Below the pieces are notes generated by a model. That model searched no databases. It was not told the DNA's origin and saw only the letters and a program-made list of their open reading frames with translations. The position numbers and the translations under genes were made by a program. Positions 27,577 through 35,375 of a DNA stretch of 41,109 nt are shown piece by piece. The number at the start of each line of letters is the position of its first letter. The stretch's first letter is position 1. This DNA comes from Patescibacteria group bacterium. Lineage in GTDB: Bacteria > Patescibacteriota > Microgenomatia > UBA10105 > UBA927. The DNA lies in the NCBI GenBank assembly GCA_038064255.1, contig JBBTTM010000011.1, forward strand, positions 1 to 41,109, in the 5' to 3' direction.

Positions 27577-28625
27577 TATCTGATAACTGATATAGCGAGG
27601 ATCACATATATTGGTATAGCCAGAGCTACTTCTATGGGAATATGTGACAGAGGTGTTTTAAATCCGGAAAAGTTTTGTACGACGGATGAAGTAAACCATC
27701 TCATGCCAGAATTTATGGCAACTCCCTCGATCTGATAAAAGATAAAGCTCCCGGTTATGACATATAGAATGAAATGAGTTAGCGTATCTAATTTTGACGC
27801 TACGAAGTCTACGGCACCGGTAGTGAGTACGATTGTAAAAATCCAGAGAGATATCCGAAGAACATTTATATCTCTATAGATATACGTCCACTCTGGTAAT
27901 CCTTTTGTTACAACGAGCGGGGATATGATAATTTCAAGCAGAAATATCCAAAATGCTGCAGTGAGTAGATTTCTTAGAGTTATTTTATGATGTCCTGGAA
28001 CCAGGAGAGCAGGCGATAGGATGAGAACCCAAAATTTATAAAAACTTATGACAATGCCTGCGAATACCGGGAGATAGAAAAGTATTTCCATTGGAAGTGA
28101 GCCTACCATGCCAAATGAAGTCGAGATTATTTCAGGTGCAAAATATCGGATTCTAAGTGTCGATAAGAGAATTTCGAATACGATTCCAAGAATTAATATG
28201 GGAGGGATATAGATGATAAACCTCTGATGCTCTTTTGTATTTTTAAGTTTTTGATCTATTTGAGTAGTAATAAGGAGAAGAAGTGTGCTCCAGAATAACG
28301 TTATGACCCAGCTTACATCCATATAGATATATCCAAACATACCGAGATGATGTATGTTCCACATCGGAGCGGTAAAAAGCTGGAATAATATAACTCCAGT
28401 ACTCATGATAAAAAATCGTTTGAGAAAGTCAGCAAAGTTTTTCCTAAGATACAGCATATTAAGTACAAAAAAAATTATTACCACAGCAATAAATCCTGTA
28501 CTCATAGGGGTGAGAGTTTTATCGATCTGAGAAACTCCTGGGATGTTGCTACATTTCGGTATTTTTGCACAGAGTTCTAAAAAGAGATTCATACAGATAT
28601 TACGAACACTGACAACTATGGTCAC
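27546..28625 (-). CDS. Polytopic membrane protein of unknown function (apparent internal duplication)
   Basis: 359 aa, about 10 TM helices. Two similar segments carry aromatic W/Y motifs (TAPMWNIHHLGMFGYIYMD and KGLPEWTYIYRD). It overlaps both neighbouring genes, so it looks operonic. Confidence 0.55.
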   Translation of the reverse strand: MTIVVSVRNICMNLFLELCAKIPKCSNIPGVSQIDKTLTPMSTGFIAVVIIFFVLNMLYLRKNFADFLKRFFIMSTGVILFQLFTAPMWNIHHLGMFGYIYMDVSWVITLFWSTLLLLITTQIDQKLKNTKEHQRFIIYIPPILILGIVFEILLSTLRIRYFAPEIISTSFGMVGSLPMEILFYLPVFAGIVISFYKFWVLILSPALLVPGHHKITLRNLLTAAFWIFLLEIIISPLVVTKGLPEWTYIYRDINVLRISLWIFTIVLTTGAVDFVASKLDTLTHFILYVITGSFIFYQIEGVAINSGMRWFTSSVVQNFSGFKTPLSHIPIEVALAIPIYVILAISVIRYWRIVWDNKL

Positions 28626-29766
28626 TCACGTCTTTGCTGTTTCTGGTAGTGCTATCTTTTATTTTACACCCTCCCCACTTAGAAGATGCAAATTGTTCAT
28701 GTGAAGTCATTCGTTCCCACACTTTATACAAAGGTTCATCCAGAACATTTCCAAATATTGCATGGTTAAAATCACAGGACATCATCTCCCCATACGGGGA
28801 TATATAACAGTAACTCGCTCCGCACGAACAACCCACGCTTCTGTGGCTTGTAACGTATGCATAGACTAATATTCCGGGATACGTGAGATTTTCATTGTAC
28901 TGTTTCACATGCCTTATCATGTCTTCTACCCAATCGTGATTATCTATGAGGTCTTTTCTTTTTTTATATCTTCCTGTTGGCATGGCGTCAAAGACGATAA
29001 CTTCATGAACACCGAGGGTTTTTGCAAGCTCGATGATTTTGTCCAGTTCTCCTGATCTATAGCTTTCAGGGGTCATAGTCGTTGAAATACCGACTGACAT
29101 ACCGGTTTTTTTCGCTTCGAGGATTCCCTGAATAGCTTTATCATATAGTCCTTTAGATTTGCGGAAAAAATCGTGTTTCGCAGGATTGGCTGCATCTATA
29201 CTGACATACACTCCGTCGAGTCCATTTTGACGAAGAATATGTGCCATTTTTTTCAGAAGTGATCCGTTTGTAAAAAGAGCTGTAGAGCTCGTGGTTTTAT
29301 CGACACAGTTTATAATTTCCGGAAGATCTTCCCGAAGGAGCGGTTCTCCGCCGACAAAATTTATCATAGAAACCCCTAGTTCCTGAGCTTCTTTGATTAT
29401 CTGCTTGGCTTGATCCAGTGTAACTGTTTTTTTCTTTGGATTGTGTACTCCCTGGAAAAAACTACAATGTTCGCACGCAGCGTCACATGTATCGTTTACG
29501 GCAAAACTCATCAGATTAGGCATATTTTTATTCTGTACAGTTCGGTAAAAACTTCGTGCAACAAGATGTGCCATGGGTTTACTAAATACCGCGGGTGTTG
29601 ACAGGGAGTAGACAGGGTACCCGTCGCGGTAATGAATCACTTTTTCGTGGTTGAGATATATTTTATAAAAAAGTTTGATGTAGTCATAAGTGTAAGGAAT
29701 CGATTGTTTCGCGATAAAATATCGAAGCTTAATCGCAGAAATAATTTTATGAAATACGTTTGTCAT
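28600..29766 (-). CDS. Radical SAM enzyme with a C-terminal SPASM/twitch-like Cys cluster
   Basis: CxxxCxxC motif (NDTCDAACEHCSF), a GGEPLL glycine-rich SAM motif, and C-terminal GCSCGASYCYISPYGEMMSCDF ... GGCKIKD. Confidence 0.8.
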   Translation of the reverse strand: MTNVFHKIISAIKLRYFIAKQSIPYTYDYIKLFYKIYLNHEKVIHYRDGYPVYSLSTPAVFSKPMAHLVARSFYRTVQNKNMPNLMSFAVNDTCDAACEHCSFFQGVHNPKKKTVTLDQAKQIIKEAQELGVSMINFVGGEPLLREDLPEIINCVDKTTSSTALFTNGSLLKKMAHILRQNGLDGVYVSIDAANPAKHDFFRKSKGLYDKAIQGILEAKKTGMSVGISTTMTPESYRSGELDKIIELAKTLGVHEVIVFDAMPTGRYKKRKDLIDNHDWVEDMIRHVKQYNENLTYPGILVYAYVTSHRSVGCSCGASYCYISPYGEMMSCDFNHAIFGNVLDEPLYKVWERMTSHEQFASSKWGGCKIKDSTTRNSKDVSDHSCQCS

Positions 29767-29841
29767 ACTTTTGAGCGGGAAAACGACTGTGACAATCAGA
29801 TAGTATCATACAATGTAAGGGTGGAGTAATATGGTACCGAT

Positions 29842-30687
29842 ATGAAATGGATCCTATATTTTCGGGAACGATTTCCCATGCATTTGTTGCTTCTTTTTTG
29901 TTTTCTCTCAGTAAGGAGTATTTATTTTGACTTGGTACGTCCAAGAGAATTATTCGCGCTTACAATATTGTATCTCTTGTTTTTTTTATACCTCAGAATT
30001 CTAGATGAGTTTAAGGATTTTCGCTACGACAAGACACATCATAAAGATCGTCCGCTACAGCGGGGATTAGTTTCAAAAAAAGATTTGCTGATTCTTCTTT
30101 TCGTAACATTTTTAAGTATGGTAGCTTGTGTGTTTTTCCTGGGAGGTATATGGGTTTTTGCAGTGTTTGTCTTTTTGTATACACTCTGTATGTTCAAGGA
30201 GTTTTTTTGCCACGACTGGTTAAAAAAGCATATAGTCATATATTTGGTAAGTCACGAGATTGTGTTTGTGCCGCTCTGGATATATATATTTTCAGTCGTA
30301 ATGGGGGGATATCAATTCATACTTGATGCAAGCCATGTTTTTTTACTTATATATATGATTTTACCGGTTGTCATTATGGAAATTGGAAGAAAGATGGTGC
30401 ATAGAGTAAGTCACAAGGGTATCCAAACGAGTGATACATATGCGTATGAGTGGGGAGAAGGACAGGCCATATTTGTATTTTCCGCATTATTTATTGTCGG
30501 CGGAGTCATAGGTTGGAATACAGGGTTAATACGATCGAGTGGAATAATATTCATTTTTTCTTTTGGTGTATTTTGTTTAGTTATGCTGTACCAAAATCTA
30601 AAAGTTTTCGTAAAAAATTACTTATTATTTACATTCTTCGGAACGTTATTGCTTCCATGTATGTTGCTTTTTTTTCGCTATGATTAA
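29842..30687 (+). CDS. UbiA-superfamily prenyltransferase-like membrane protein
   Basis: 281 aa, about 8 TM helices. The first Asp-rich motif is LDEFKDFRYD, followed by DRPLQRGLVS (RPLxxG), as in UbiA/DGGGP-synthase-type enzymes. The second Asp motif is degenerate (SDTYAYEWGEG). Confidence 0.55.
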   Translation: MKWILYFRERFPMHLLLLFCFLSVRSIYFDLVRPRELFALTILYLLFFLYLRILDEFKDFRYDKTHHKDRPLQRGLVSKKDLLILLFVTFLSMVACVFFLGGIWVFAVFVFLYTLCMFKEFFCHDWLKKHIVIYLVSHEIVFVPLWIYIFSVVMGGYQFILDASHVFLLIYMILPVVIMEIGRKMVHRVSHKGIQTSDTYAYEWGEGQAIFVFSALFIVGGVIGWNTGLIRSSGIIFIFSFGVFCLVMLYQNLKVFVKNYLLFTFFGTLLLPCMLLFFRYD

Positions 30688-32359
30688 ATATACGATCTGG
30701 GATAAAACAAATATCGGAGAAAATTATCCGGGAATTACCAGCCCTCTCACATATTCATTTGTGAGACGCTCATATCAGGCTGTATATAAAAATTTTTGTC
30801 TTCGCATAGGAGTAAGTCCTACTGAAATTCGGGAAAAAAATTATATTTTTGAAAATCTGGTAGGGCATATACACGGCCAGTTGTATTATAATCTGCGCTC
30901 TTGGTATGAATTGTTGTCCTTTCTCCCCGGAGAAAGACAGACCAGCACTTGGTTTGACACGATGCTTGATCCGGTTGTTCGTCGATCAATTCATGAAATA
31001 ACGGATAGAAAATATTCATTTCCCTTTCGGATATACCGTATATATATAGGTGTTCGTTTTGCAATCCTCAGTGTTTTATTCCCGATTCTAAGAAGAGAAT
31101 TTGATAGAAAAAGTTCTGTTTTGTTTTCTTCCGGATATTCTGCACATTTTTCACAGATGATTGATCAGGAATTAATCGGATGGTTTAGAGTCTTAGAAGA
31201 TCGTTTTTTGTCTGTATGGGCAATACCCATAATAAATGATTTCCGTCTCATGGTGTCATACGGAATGTTGGTTCAAGCTTCTCGGTTATGGGTGTCTGAT
31301 CCAGATGAAGTGTTGCGTCGATTGTCTACGTATAAAAGTATGCCCATCAGCGTTATCATCCTTCGTGATTCACAGCATATAGCAAACATGATACGAGAAA
31401 CTCCTCTCTATTTCAGTTTATTTCAAAAGACCGATGCGACAGAAGTTTGGAAAAAATTGTCACACCCATCATTCAGAGATCTAAAGTATTTGATAGATGC
31501 TTATCTTGAACAGTATGGAGACCGTATGGCAAATGAATTAAAGCTTGAAGAGCCAAGTTTTCAGGAAAATCCGATCCGCTTTATAGAACTTTTAAAAAGA
31601 TATGCCAAAAATAAGAAAATAATCCAAAAGGACCGGACTCTTTTTTCTGAAACATCAAAACATTGGTGGCAACGCTTAATCTTATATTCACTGACTCGGT
31701 ATGTGTCTGACGCTATGCATCAGAGGGAATTATTCCGGTTGAGACGGTTACAGGCGTTTAGAGTTGCAAAAAATGTTTATCTTGAATGTGCACGTAGATT
31801 TGTAAACCGGAAAAAATTACATACATCTCAGGATATTTTTTTTCTGACTCATGATGAGATTATGGACAGTGCTCTTCATCCTTCCCTGGCTGGCTCGTTA
31901 TTTTCTCTTGTTCAAAAAAGAAAACATATTCAGTCTGAATATGCAAAATATATACTCCCACAATTGGTTCTGACTGACTCTTCAGGGACTATTGTCAGAC
32001 AAAAAGTTCAATCTAAGATAAGCGTAAAGAAGAATAGAAATTTATCAGGAAAGCCGGCTTCAGCGGGGACTAGGGAAGGAGAAGTTGTCGTTATGGATAC
32101 GCTTGACACGAAAACAGATATAGCTGGGAAGATATTAATTACTAAAACTACAGACCCAGGGTGGACTATATTGTTTCCACTACTTTCCGGAGTGATAACT
32201 CAGTATGGGGGCATGCTGTCTCATGCTGCTATAGTCGCGCGGGAGCTTGAGATACCATGCATAGTCGGAGTGTCGGGAGTGACGGAATTATTAAAATCTG
32301 GTGATAGAATTTTCATGAATGGTACTACGGGAGAGATCCACCGGCTAGAAAAAGTATGA
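30680..32359 (+). CDS. PEP-utilizing-enzyme swivel (phosphohistidine) domain protein with a rifampin-phosphotransferase-like central domain and no ATP-grasp domain
   Basis: The C-terminus ILITKTTDPGWTILFPLLSGVITQYGGMLSHAAIVARELEIPCIVGV is the mobile His domain. The N-terminus NIGENYPGITSPLTYSF ... GQLYYNLRSWYELLSFLPG resembles the substrate-binding domain of PpsA/RPH-like proteins. Confidence 0.65.
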   Translation: MIKYTIWDKTNIGENYPGITSPLTYSFVRRSYQAVYKNFCLRIGVSPTEIREKNYIFENLVGHIHGQLYYNLRSWYELLSFLPGERQTSTWFDTMLDPVVRRSIHEITDRKYSFPFRIYRIYIGVRFAILSVLFPILRREFDRKSSVLFSSGYSAHFSQMIDQELIGWFRVLEDRFLSVWAIPIINDFRLMVSYGMLVQASRLWVSDPDEVLRRLSTYKSMPISVIILRDSQHIANMIRETPLYFSLFQKTDATEVWKKLSHPSFRDLKYLIDAYLEQYGDRMANELKLEEPSFQENPIRFIELLKRYAKNKKIIQKDRTLFSETSKHWWQRLILYSLTRYVSDAMHQRELFRLRRLQAFRVAKNVYLECARRFVNRKKLHTSQDIFFLTHDEIMDSALHPSLAGSLFSLVQKRKHIQSEYAKYILPQLVLTDSSGTIVRQKVQSKISVKKNRNLSGKPASAGTREGEVVVMDTLDTKTDIAGKILITKTTDPGWTILFPLLSGVITQYGGMLSHAAIVARELEIPCIVGVSGVTELLKSGDRIFMNGTTGEIHRLEKV

Positions 32360-32949
32360 AATATTTTCGATTACTTCGTATAGCAGATGGGATAAGCATG
32401 ATCTCTCTCGTATTTGCATTCAATAGTATTTCTAAAATTTATGAGGGTTCGGCGAAATGGTCTATACTTTATTTTCTCATAGCGTTTTTATTTGATCTTT
32501 TGGATGGATATGTCTCAAGGAGATTTCAGATGGGCGGTGAGCTGGGTAGAATTATAGACTCTATAGTAGATTTTTTTACGTATTGTATTTTTTCAGCATA
32601 TTTTATCGTCCGATTTATAAATCCTAATCAATTTATTGGGTATGTGTGTGCGAGTTTCATAGTAGTTCTTGGTGCAATACGGCTTTCGAGATTTGTAAAA
32701 GTTGGCGTTTTGAAAGATTCATCAGGTTTATATTATCGTGGAATTACTGTTGTTCATGTGGCCCTGCTCATTGTTCTTTCATATCTTATTCCAATGTTTA
32801 GATCTGGAATTCCGGCAATCCTAGTGCAACTTGCAATTATTCTTTTTTCAGTTGGTATGTTGTCACAATATAAAAGCAGAAAAGTATCATCTGGGATATT
32901 AGCATTCGGCATAATAATTATTTTTGTGACAGTGTTAGTAACTTTTTAA
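32356..32949 (+). CDS. CDP-alcohol phosphatidyltransferase (PssA / archaetidylserine-synthase-size class)
   Basis: FDLLDGYVSRRFQMGGELGRIIDSIVD matches D-G-x2-(A/S)-R-x8-G-x3-D-x3-D. 197 aa, about 6 TM helices. Confidence 0.8.
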   Translation: MKYFRLLRIADGISMISLVFAFNSISKIYEGSAKWSILYFLIAFLFDLLDGYVSRRFQMGGELGRIIDSIVDFFTYCIFSAYFIVRFINPNQFIGYVCASFIVVLGAIRLSRFVKVGVLKDSSGLYYRGITVVHVALLIVLSYLIPMFRSGIPAILVQLAIILFSVGMLSQYKSRKVSSGILAFGIIIIFVTVLVTF

Positions 32950-32954
32950 TCGGT

Positions 32955-33446
32955 ATGAAGATGATTTATTCTACAAAAAGTAAAATACCGTCTCATGTTT
33001 TGTCAGAACATATATATACATCAATACAAAATGAAAAAATTTTAACAAACCGAAATAGAGAATATATTCAAACTTTTTTAAAAAAGAATTGTATATATAT
33101 GGCATTTGACGCGAACAATACAACAAAACCTATCGGATTTATATTTAGTCATGAAATAACTAATGGTATTGTAGAGCTGCAGAGTTTGTGGGTGGATCCG
33201 CTATGTCGAAAACGTGGAATTGCCAAGAGACTCATTGCCGATGCAACGCAAAATAGACAGAAGAAGTATGTAACCGCGCTCGTACAGCCATTTTTATCAT
33301 CAGTATTCTTAGAACAAGGGTTTAAAAAGGTAGATATTTATATTACACCTTTAGGTATATTACTTAGATATCTATTAAGAAAGTCTTTGTTTGATATTTT
33401 AAATTTTAGTCGGAAATCAGAGAGTGCTTTATATATAAAAATATGA
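32955..33446 (+). CDS. GNAT-family N-acetyltransferase
   Basis: Motif A LQSLWVDPLCRKRGIAKRLI, followed by FLEQGFKKV. Confidence 0.7.
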   Translation: MKMIYSTKSKIPSHVLSEHIYTSIQNEKILTNRNREYIQTFLKKNCIYMAFDANNTTKPIGFIFSHEITNGIVELQSLWVDPLCRKRGIAKRLIADATQNRQKKYVTALVQPFLSSVFLEQGFKKVDIYITPLGILLRYLLRKSLFDILNFSRKSESALYIKI

Positions 33447-34030
33447 TTGCAATCATAATAATCGGAATCGTCATATATTTGTTGCTCTTACTTGAGTGGA
33501 TATACCGCAGCGGATTTATACATGCAGAATATTCGCGAAAGATAGCGCATGTATTAGCATGCTGCATTGCAGCGGCAGCTTCCCAGATTCTGAGTCGGGA
33601 TGTATTTATATACATAAATATATTATTCGTTGTTATATTTCTGTATATACGGTGGAAAAAAATATTAGTAAGTATAGAAGGTGTGGATCGGTTCACGTAT
33701 GGTAGCGTTTGTTTACCACTTGGATTTATAGTTATAGGAATTTTTTTATACAGCAGAGTATATGAGATGCTGATTGGACTTGCTATTGTCGGTATTGCTG
33801 ATACGTGTGCAGGATTTGTACGATATAGATTTAAACTTCCAAAAAGCAGCTGGATTGCTTTTGTTATAGTATGGGTTTGTTCTTTTGCTACTTCCCGATT
33901 CATATTCGGAAATATCCAGTCACTGCTCATTGCAAGCTTGGTGTCTATGGCTGAAGTTCTATCCGGGTATGGAACCGACAATCTGACGATACCTCTCGTG
34001 TATGCTTTGTTAGTTTATTTTTTTAAATGA
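33443..34030 (+). CDS. CTP-dependent polyprenol/phytol/dolichol-kinase-like membrane protein (CdsA superfamily)
   Basis: 195 aa, about 6 TM helices, with SRKIAHVL, IVGIADTCAGFVRYRF and AEVLSGYGTDNLTIPL, resembling kinase-type members of the cytidylyltransferase family. Confidence 0.5.
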   Translation: MIAIIIIGIVIYLLLLLEWIYRSGFIHAEYSRKIAHVLACCIAAAASQILSRDVFIYINILFVVIFLYIRWKKILVSIEGVDRFTYGSVCLPLGFIVIGIFLYSRVYEMLIGLAIVGIADTCAGFVRYRFKLPKSSWIAFVIVWVCSFATSRFIFGNIQSLLIASLVSMAEVLSGYGTDNLTIPLVYALLVYFFK

Positions 34031-34551
34031 AGGGAAACCATAAGCATATCTGTAGCTTGATGGAGAAATATTCCCACGAAAACGGCAACCAAAATACTTT
34101 GTAGAGAAAAAGTAAATATAAAATAATACATGACTCCGACAGAGAATAATCCATCTGTCGTATCTATAATTCTGGTCAGTATTTGATAGGGTTTTTTTGG
34201 GGGATGCGATCCGGGAGGAATACCGAACCGCCGTTTTACAAAACTGTTCGGCAATTCTCCGATGTGATAGGCGCATCCGACGAGGGCAAAACGAAAAACA
34301 ATTTGCATTGGGCTCATGACTGAAGGATAAAAAATTGCATAGACTATGTATCCCCAAAATGCAGTTGATACCGACATCACCAATGGACCTCGTAACGTTT
34401 TATTTTTACCGAAGATAGGTTTTCCGAATAAAGTACATCCACCATCAAGAGGAATATTTAGTATATAGGAAAGTGAACTTTTTAAGAAGAAAATAAAAGT
34501 GATACCTCCGAGAAAAACAGGAATCACCATGGTAAAAATTTCATGTATCAC
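34015..34551 (-). CDS. CDP-archaeol synthase (CarS, DUF46)-like protein
   Basis: IPLDGGCTLFGKPIFGKNKTLRGPL and GELPNSFVKRRFGIPPGS ... IIDTTD align by eye with the two conserved CarS blocks (P-I-D-x-G ... G-K-x-I-L-G-x-x-K-T-x-R-G, and G-D-L-x-x-S-F-I-K-R-R-x-G ... D-Q). 178 aa, about 5 TM helices. Confidence 0.65.
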   Translation of the reverse strand: MIHEIFTMVIPVFLGGITFIFFLKSSLSYILNIPLDGGCTLFGKPIFGKNKTLRGPLVMSVSTAFWGYIVYAIFYPSVMSPMQIVFRFALVGCAYHIGELPNSFVKRRFGIPPGSHPPKKPYQILTRIIDTTDGLFSVGVMYYFIFTFSLQSILVAVFVGIFLHQATDMLMVSLHLKK

Positions 34552-34600
34552 AAATCCATACTACCATGTGAATAGTGAGATATGAAGAAGAGAGGATGTA

Positions 34601-35125
34601 TTAGTCTCCGCATTCTACGCTTTTTTTTGACTGAGTCTCGATATATTCCCGTGTCACTTTTTGATCGAGAAGTTTTTCGTCGTTCTCTCCGACAAAGACG
34701 ACGAGACTATCATCTGGACGGATAGGAATTTTTTGGAAATCTGATACTTTTTCCCCGTTTATATACCCTGCAGTTTTGGCATAGTCCATCGGAAATTTTA
34801 TGTTGGTAAAGAGATCCTGCCAGAATGCGTCCCGCGCTTCTATATGTACCAAGTCTCCGACATTATCGTGGAGATGCGCTTTTTCTAATTGGATATTTTC
34901 ACTGTTTGTATCTTCTTTACCGTTTGTAAGACAGGGTTTTAGGAACATAAACTTGGTATCCGAAAAATCCAGTTTTTTGTTTTGATCAAATACGACAAAA
35001 CCTGCATGGTAGTGGATTTTTTCCGCTGGAATTGGTTTTGCAGTTGGAAGCAGTTTCTTTGCACCAAAAACACCAAGGAAAAGAACGCTTATTGAAAAGA
35101 TAAACAGCAGCTTTGTTTTATTCAT
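34601..35125 (-). CDS. Secreted or anchored hypothetical protein (His-rich motifs)
   Basis: Signal/TM sequence (LLFIFSISVLFLGVFGA), then HYHAGFVVF and AHLHDNVGDLVHIE. A C-terminal paralogue remnant lies at 36575-36693. Confidence 0.55.
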   Translation of the reverse strand: MNKTKLLFIFSISVLFLGVFGAKKLLPTAKPIPAEKIHYHAGFVVFDQNKKLDFSDTKFMFLKPCLTNGKEDTNSENIQLEKAHLHDNVGDLVHIEARDAFWQDLFTNIKFPMDYAKTAGYINGEKVSDFQKIPIRPDDSLVVFVGENDEKLLDQKVTREYIETQSKKSVECGD

Positions 35126-35215
35126 GTATCGCTTTTTTTATCCTCAATATGAGAGTTGAGTCATTATATCAAAAAGAGTGGGTTTGTTATTCAGGGGTAT
35201 TTTTGTTAGTATAAA

Positions 35216-35345
35216 TGTGCATCAAGAGTGGCGGAGATATTCCGCCCGGCAACCGAGACTTTATACAAAGAACACGGTGCTAAAAATCTTAAGAGGATTG
35301 ATGTGGTATGAATCGTTCTTACGGTTCATACAAAAATATATTTGT
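35216..35345 (+). ncRNA. SAM riboswitch-like leader (SAM-I core with a shortened P2; SAM-I/IV-like) controlling metK
   Basis: The sequence catcaagagtggcggagatattccgcccggcaacc ... acggtgctaa ... aatcttaagaggattgatg carries the conserved AUCAAGAG, GGCAACC and GGUGCUAA blocks. P1 pairs catc(aa) with (tt)gatg. Confidence 0.55.
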
Positions 35346-35375
35346 ACTCCTCTTAAGTTTGAGAGGAGTTTTTTT
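35346..35375 (+). terminator. Intrinsic terminator (expression platform of the SAM leader)
   Basis: The 8-bp stem pairs actcctct with agaggagt, with an 8-nt loop and a T run running into the metK ATG. The 5' arm tcctcttaag (35348-35357) is perfectly complementary to cttaagagga (35288-35297) in the aptamer 3' side, which is anti-terminator logic. Confidence 0.6.
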
